The notes beneath the pieces were generated by a model that was not told the DNA's origin, searched no databases, and saw only the letters and a list, made by a program, of their open reading frames with translations. From Mustelus asterias (taxonomy: Eukaryota), in NCBI RefSeq assembly GCF_964213995.1, contig NW_027590182.1, forward strand, positions 558,001-622,000: a stretch of 64,000 bases of DNA. The letters run 5' to 3'. The translations under genes were made by a program, and so were the position numbers. Below are positions 59,301 to 64,000 of this stretch, in pieces; position 1 is the first letter of the stretch; the number at the start of each line of letters is the position of its first letter.

Positions 59301-60575
59301 TGAGGAAGTGACAAAAACGGTTGATGAAGGAAGGGCCGTGGATGTCGTCTATATGGATTTCAGGAAGGCATTTGACAAAGTCCCACATGGCAGGTTGGTT
59401 AAGAAGGTTAAGGCTCATGGGATACAAGGAGAAGTGGCTAGATGGGTGGAGAACTGGCTTGGCCATAGGACAGTAAGAAGTTTAACAACACCAGGTTAAA
59501 GTCCAACAGGTTTATTTTCATAGGCCATAGGAGACAGAGGGTAGTGGTCGAAGGGTCTTTTTCCGGCTGGAGGTCTGTGACCAGTGGTGTTCCACAAGGC
59601 TCTGTACTGGGACCTCTGCTATTTGTGATATATATAAATGATTTGGAAGAAGGTGTAACTGGTGTAATCAGCAAGTTTGCGGATGACACGAAGATGGCTG
59701 GACTTGCGGATAGCGAAGAGCATTGTCGGGCAATACAGCAGGATATAGATAGGCTGGAAAATTGGGCGGAGAGGTGGCAGATGGAGTTTAATCCGGATAC
59801 ATGCGAAGTGATGCATTTTGGAAGAAATAATGTAGGGAGGAGTTATACAATAAATGGCAGAGTCATCAGGAGTATAGAAACACAGAGGGACCTAGGTGTG
59901 CAAGTCCACAAATCCTTGAAGGTGGCAACACAGGTGGAGAAGGTGGTGAAGAAGGCATATGGTATGCTTGCCTTTATAGGACGAGGTATAGAGTATAAAA
60001 GCTGGAGTCTGATGATGCAGCTGTATAGAACGCTGGTTAGGCCACATTTGGAGTACTGCGTCCAGTTCTGGTTGCCGCACTACCAGAAGGACGTGGAGGC
60101 GTTAGAGAGAGTGCAGAGAAGGTTTACCAGGATATTGCCTGGTATGGAGGGTCTTAGCTATGAGGAGAGATTGGGTAAACTGGGGTTGTTCTCCCTTGAA
60201 AGACGTAGAATGAGGGGAGATCTAATAGAGGTGTACAAGATTATGAAGGGGATAGATAGGGTGAACGGTGGGAAGCTTTTTCCCAGATCAGAAGTGACGT
60301 TCACGAGGGGTCACGGGCTCAAGGTGAGAGGGGCGAAGTATAACTCAGATATTAGTGGGATGTTTTTTACACAGAGGGTGGTGGGGGCCTGGAATGCTCT
60401 GCCAAGTAGGGTGGTGGAGGCAGGCACGCTGACATCGTTTAAGACTTACCTGGATAGTCACAGGAGCAGCCTGGGAATGGAGGGATACAAACGATTGGTC
60501 TTGTTGGACCAAGGAGCGGCACAGGCTTGGAGGGCCGAAGGGCCTGTTTCCTGTGCTGTACTGTTCTTTGTTCTT
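56391..60575 (+). mobile_element. CR1 LINE #3, near full length; ORF1 has a frameshift and a nonsense codon, ORF2 broken by a 52-bp PLE insert
   Basis: 7-bp TSD TGTGAGG; ORF1 CIRC...CARC plus VGDA esterase; ORF2 at 57517-59470 and 59533 onward. Confidence 0.95.
59471..59522 (-). mobile_element. 52-bp PLE 3' terminus insert
   Basis: 10-bp TSD GGCCATAGGA (59461-59470 and 59523-59532). Confidence 0.9.
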
Positions 60576-61344
60576 TGTGAGGTCTTTGTATGAGCTGAGT
60601 TGTAAATCAGTGGAAAGCCAGCATAATACTTGGTCTCTGAAACGTTTCTACATCCATGAACTTTGTTTTAAAGAAATCCACATTTGAAAGCCCGGCCACG
60701 ACATGAAATATCAGCACCATAACAAGAGGAGATAAGAAAGACAGACACTCACTTTGATCTTTTCATCAGCAATCTGAGAGTTAAGAATGTGTGACATGAT
60801 TTTCGGACACTGGAGTGAGTGTACAGATGTGATTTGTTACATGTGAAAAATAGCAAGCCTAAATTCATGGTGAGATGGAGTGAAGAGCGGGTCCCAAACA
60901 CACACAGCTACTTGAGACACAGCAGGAGATGAAATGGCTAATGTGGCCAGGGGGTTGAGACAACATTGTGACATCATCAAGGCATTGACACACACTCCAG
61001 AGAAACTGAGTTCAAAACAATCAGGATCCAATTAAACACACTGCACATGCTCACACAGTGAGGAAAATTACAGTAAAATGGATCATATAATGGATTGGGA
61101 CAACTAAGGGCTTGGGAGAAATAATACTGAGTAAGAACTGTCCACAAGTTGGATAGGGGTAAAGAGAGCTGGAGAATCTTTTACATCTTTTATGGACTAG
61201 TAACCCAGAACTGACAGCGCTCCTTCAGGAGTAGGAAAGGTCGAGTAGATGTGACCCCAGGCGGGACAGGAACAGAACTGGAAAATAACGGAGTGGAATT
61301 GAAATTGTCTCAATGACTGAACTAACAATGTGTGGAATGGACAG

Positions 61345-61860
61345 ACTGGGGAACAATGGGTGGGGGCGGGGCTCCCGGGTCCGCGCGCCTGAAACCGGAG
61401 ACGTCACCGCGGAGCAGAGTGATTGCTATTGGGTGATTGAGGCAGGGCTCCATTGTGCCGTCACAATGACTCAGAGGGGCGTTCCTAGCACACAGTGTCC
61501 CATTGGCAGCAATATCACTGGTTACAGAAGCCGCACACTGCGGATTGGACACCAGCTCAGCGCGGCTGGCGGTCAGAGCCCCGCCCACCCCACGTGGGCT
61601 CGGGTTCCGCCCCCTCATTGTCCACATGCGGCATATTGACCAATGGTTGCCAGGAGGACTGGATGGGCGATGGTCCTCCAGCCAATCAGAGTCCGGGCCT
61701 TGTGTCAATGGCCGCATGGAGCTTCGTCTATTGTTGCTGCTGCTCCTCTCCCTCTGAATGAAGATTGAGCTTCAGACAGACTCAGCCTTCCTCCTGTCTC
61801 CTACATCTGTGAGTAAAACACTTTCTTTTCTCCCCCTTTCCATTTCTTTTCTCATTTTGC
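61345..61860 (+). promoter_or_regulatory. CpG-island promoter and exon 1 of a further ZNF unit (G9)
   Basis: Homologous to 44470-44600 and 29420-29590; donor CATCT|GTGAGT at about 61808; mini-exon start at about 62890. Confidence 0.7.
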
Positions 61861-61943
61861 GCTTCAATTTTTAACTTCTGGGTCACCACTCGCTGCCTAA
61901 GTAAAGATTCTCCTCACATTCTCTATGTATCTCTCACCGGGTA

Positions 61944-62817
61944 ATAGTTTGGAGGGATGTCAGAAGTTGCAGCGAGACATAGATAGAATGCAAGACTGGG
62001 CGGAGAAGTGGCAGATGGACTTCAACCCGGATAAGTGTGTAGTGATCCATTTTGGCAGATCCAATGGGATGGAGCAGCAGTATAAAATGAAGGGTACCAT
62101 TCTTAGCAGTGTAGAGGATCAGAAGGACCTTGGGGTCCGGGTCCATAGGACTCTTAAATCGGCCTCGCAGGTGGAGGATGCGGTCAAGAAGGCGTATGGC
62201 GTACTAGCCTTCATTAATCGAGGGATTGAGTTTAGGAGTCGGGAGATAATGCTGCAGCTTTATAGGACCCTGGTTAGACCCCACTTGGAGTACTGCGCGC
62301 AGTTCTGGTCACCTCATTACAGGAAAGATGTTGAAGCCATTGAAAGGGTGCAGAGGAGATTTACAAGGATGTTGCCTGGATTGGGGGGCATGCCTTATGA
62401 GGATAGGTTGAGGGAGCTTGGTCTCTTCTCCCTGGAGAGACGAAGGATGAGAGGTGACCTGATAGAGGTTTACAAGATGTTGAGGGGTCTGGATAGGGTG
62501 GACTCTCAGAGGCTATTTCCAAGGGCTGAAATGGTTGCTACGAGAGGACACAGGTTTAAGGTGCTGGGGGGTAGGTACAGGGGGGATGTCAGGGGTAAGT
62601 TTTTCACTCAGAGGGTGGTGGGTGAGTGGAATCGGCTGACGTCGGTGGTGGTGGAGGCAAACTCGTTGGGGTCTTTTAAGAGACTTCTGGATGAGTACAT
62701 GGGATTTAATGGGATTGAGGGCTATAGATAGGCCTAGAGGTGGGGATGTGATCGGCGCAACTTGTGGGCCGAAGGGCCTGTTTGTGCTGTGGCTTTCTAT
62801 GTTCTTTCTATGTTCTA
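61944..62817 (+). mobile_element. 5'-truncated CR1, close relative of CR1 #2
   Basis: Protein nearly identical to the C-terminal 260 aa of 44758-47670. Confidence 0.95.
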
Positions 62818-62923
62818 ATACAGTGTATTACACACACCATCAGTCTGCTCATTTATATCCAAATGTAAAACTGTAACATGACTGTCAGCTTGAAGATTTT
62901 CAGCTCTCTGTGTCCAGAACAGG

Positions 62924-64000
62924 AAGAAGTCTCACAACACCAGATTAAAGTCCAACAGGTTTATTTGGTGGCACAAAGCCATCGTCACAATGCCACATTT
63001 GGTAGAACAGGAAACTTGAGAAACTCGGCATCACCACCAGCAGCAATCAAGCCTCCCCCGGTACCACAGTAGAAAACAGTACCACTGCAGGGAAGTCCAT
63101 TGTCAACTTGTCGGACACACTTCAACCAGATGAAATCAAAGTTCTCAATTTCTGCCCCACCACCAAAATAGACCCCAGCAGTCTCGCAGCAGACACAGAG
63201 GAATTCATCAGGCGAATGAGGCTGCGGGAGTTCTTCCACAAACCCCAAGAGGCCAACAGCGAACATAATGAGATAGTCAATGAACTGGAACAGCCGATAG
63301 AGAGATCCACGGTACAGCAACCAAAGAGGAAAGAGTCGAATTGGACTCCTCCGGAAGGCCGCTGCCCTCGACTTGACATGTATGCCCAAGCCGTCAGGAG
63401 GTGCGTCAATGCCAGATTCATCAGTCGCACTCACAAGACAGCCCCGAACATCACCCAAGCACAACGCAACGCCATCTGCGCTCTCAAGATCAAGCGCACC
63501 ATTGTCATCAAACCAGCAGACAAAGGAGGGGCAATCATCATGCTGAACAGAACGAATTACTGCAAAGTGTCCTGACAACTGAACAATGAGGAAAACTACA
63601 GACAGTTACCTGCAGATCCGACCAAAGAACACACCCGTCAACTCAACAGACAGATCAAGACATTTGATCCGGACCTTCAGAGCACCCTCCGTGCTCTCAT
63701 CCCACGTACTCCCCGCGTTGGAGATCTCTACTACCTCCCGAAGATACACAAGGCAAACACACCTGGCCGTCCCATCGTATCGGGCAATGGGACCCTGTGT
63801 GAGAAACTCTCCGGCTACGTCGAGGGCATCCTGAAACCCATTGTACAAAGAACCCCAGCTTCTGTCGTGACACTACGGACTTCCTTCAGAAACAGCACAC
63901 ATGGAGCAGTTGAACCAGTAGCACTCCTCATCACAATGGATGTCTCGGCACTCTACACCAGCATCCCCCACGACGATGGCATTGGTGCAACTGCCTCAGT
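62924..64000 (+). mobile_element. Penelope-like retroelement (frameshifted ORF) with an inverted 3'-terminus copy at its 5' junction
   Basis: VNLS, KPADKGG, LPKIHK, GRPIVS and TMDVSALYTSIP motifs typical of PLE reverse transcriptase. Confidence 0.9.

Larger units (their letters stand above)
55738..60623 (+). mobile_element. Solo LTR (related to 34228-35006) split by CR1 #3
   Basis: 55738-56390 and 60583-60623 align by eye with the 34228-35006 LTR; LTR TSD not clear. Confidence 0.65.

Overview
Eukaryotic (vertebrate) genomic DNA, most likely a shark or other cartilaginous fish; this is inferred from HE1/V-SINE-type SINEs, CR1 LINEs and the style of the zinc-finger genes. The window is a tandem and inverted cluster of about nine related C2H2 zinc-finger gene units. 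Five have intact ZF-only ORFs starting MEKPWKC (10, 13, 14, 14 and 7 fingers), three are pseudogenes, and one shows only its promoter and 5' exons. The units sit mostly in head-to-head pairs around CpG-island promoters and are densely invaded by retroelements: three long CR1 LINEs (one apparently fully intact), many CR1 fragments, tRNA-derived SINEs, solo LTRs, a Gypsy integrase relic and Penelope-like elements (PLEs). Main observations: (1) all three divergent long CR1s carry an in-phase U_UUA_AAC slippery heptamer at the ORF1/ORF2 junction, with ORF2 in the -1 frame (exactly in two copies, after one G-run indel in the third), suggesting programmed -1 ribosomal frameshifting; (2) many PLE 3' ends carry minimal hammerhead ribozymes, several with intact cores and a compensatory change, and PLE junctions recur at the same ZNF 5' exon; (3) the ZNF promoters share a GGAGGACC-N11/14-GGTCCTCC dyad next to CCAAT boxes and an extended CRE palindrome; (4) a 168-nt intron plus mini-exon is unusually conserved. 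All coordinates and alignments were read by eye, so TE boundaries are approximate.
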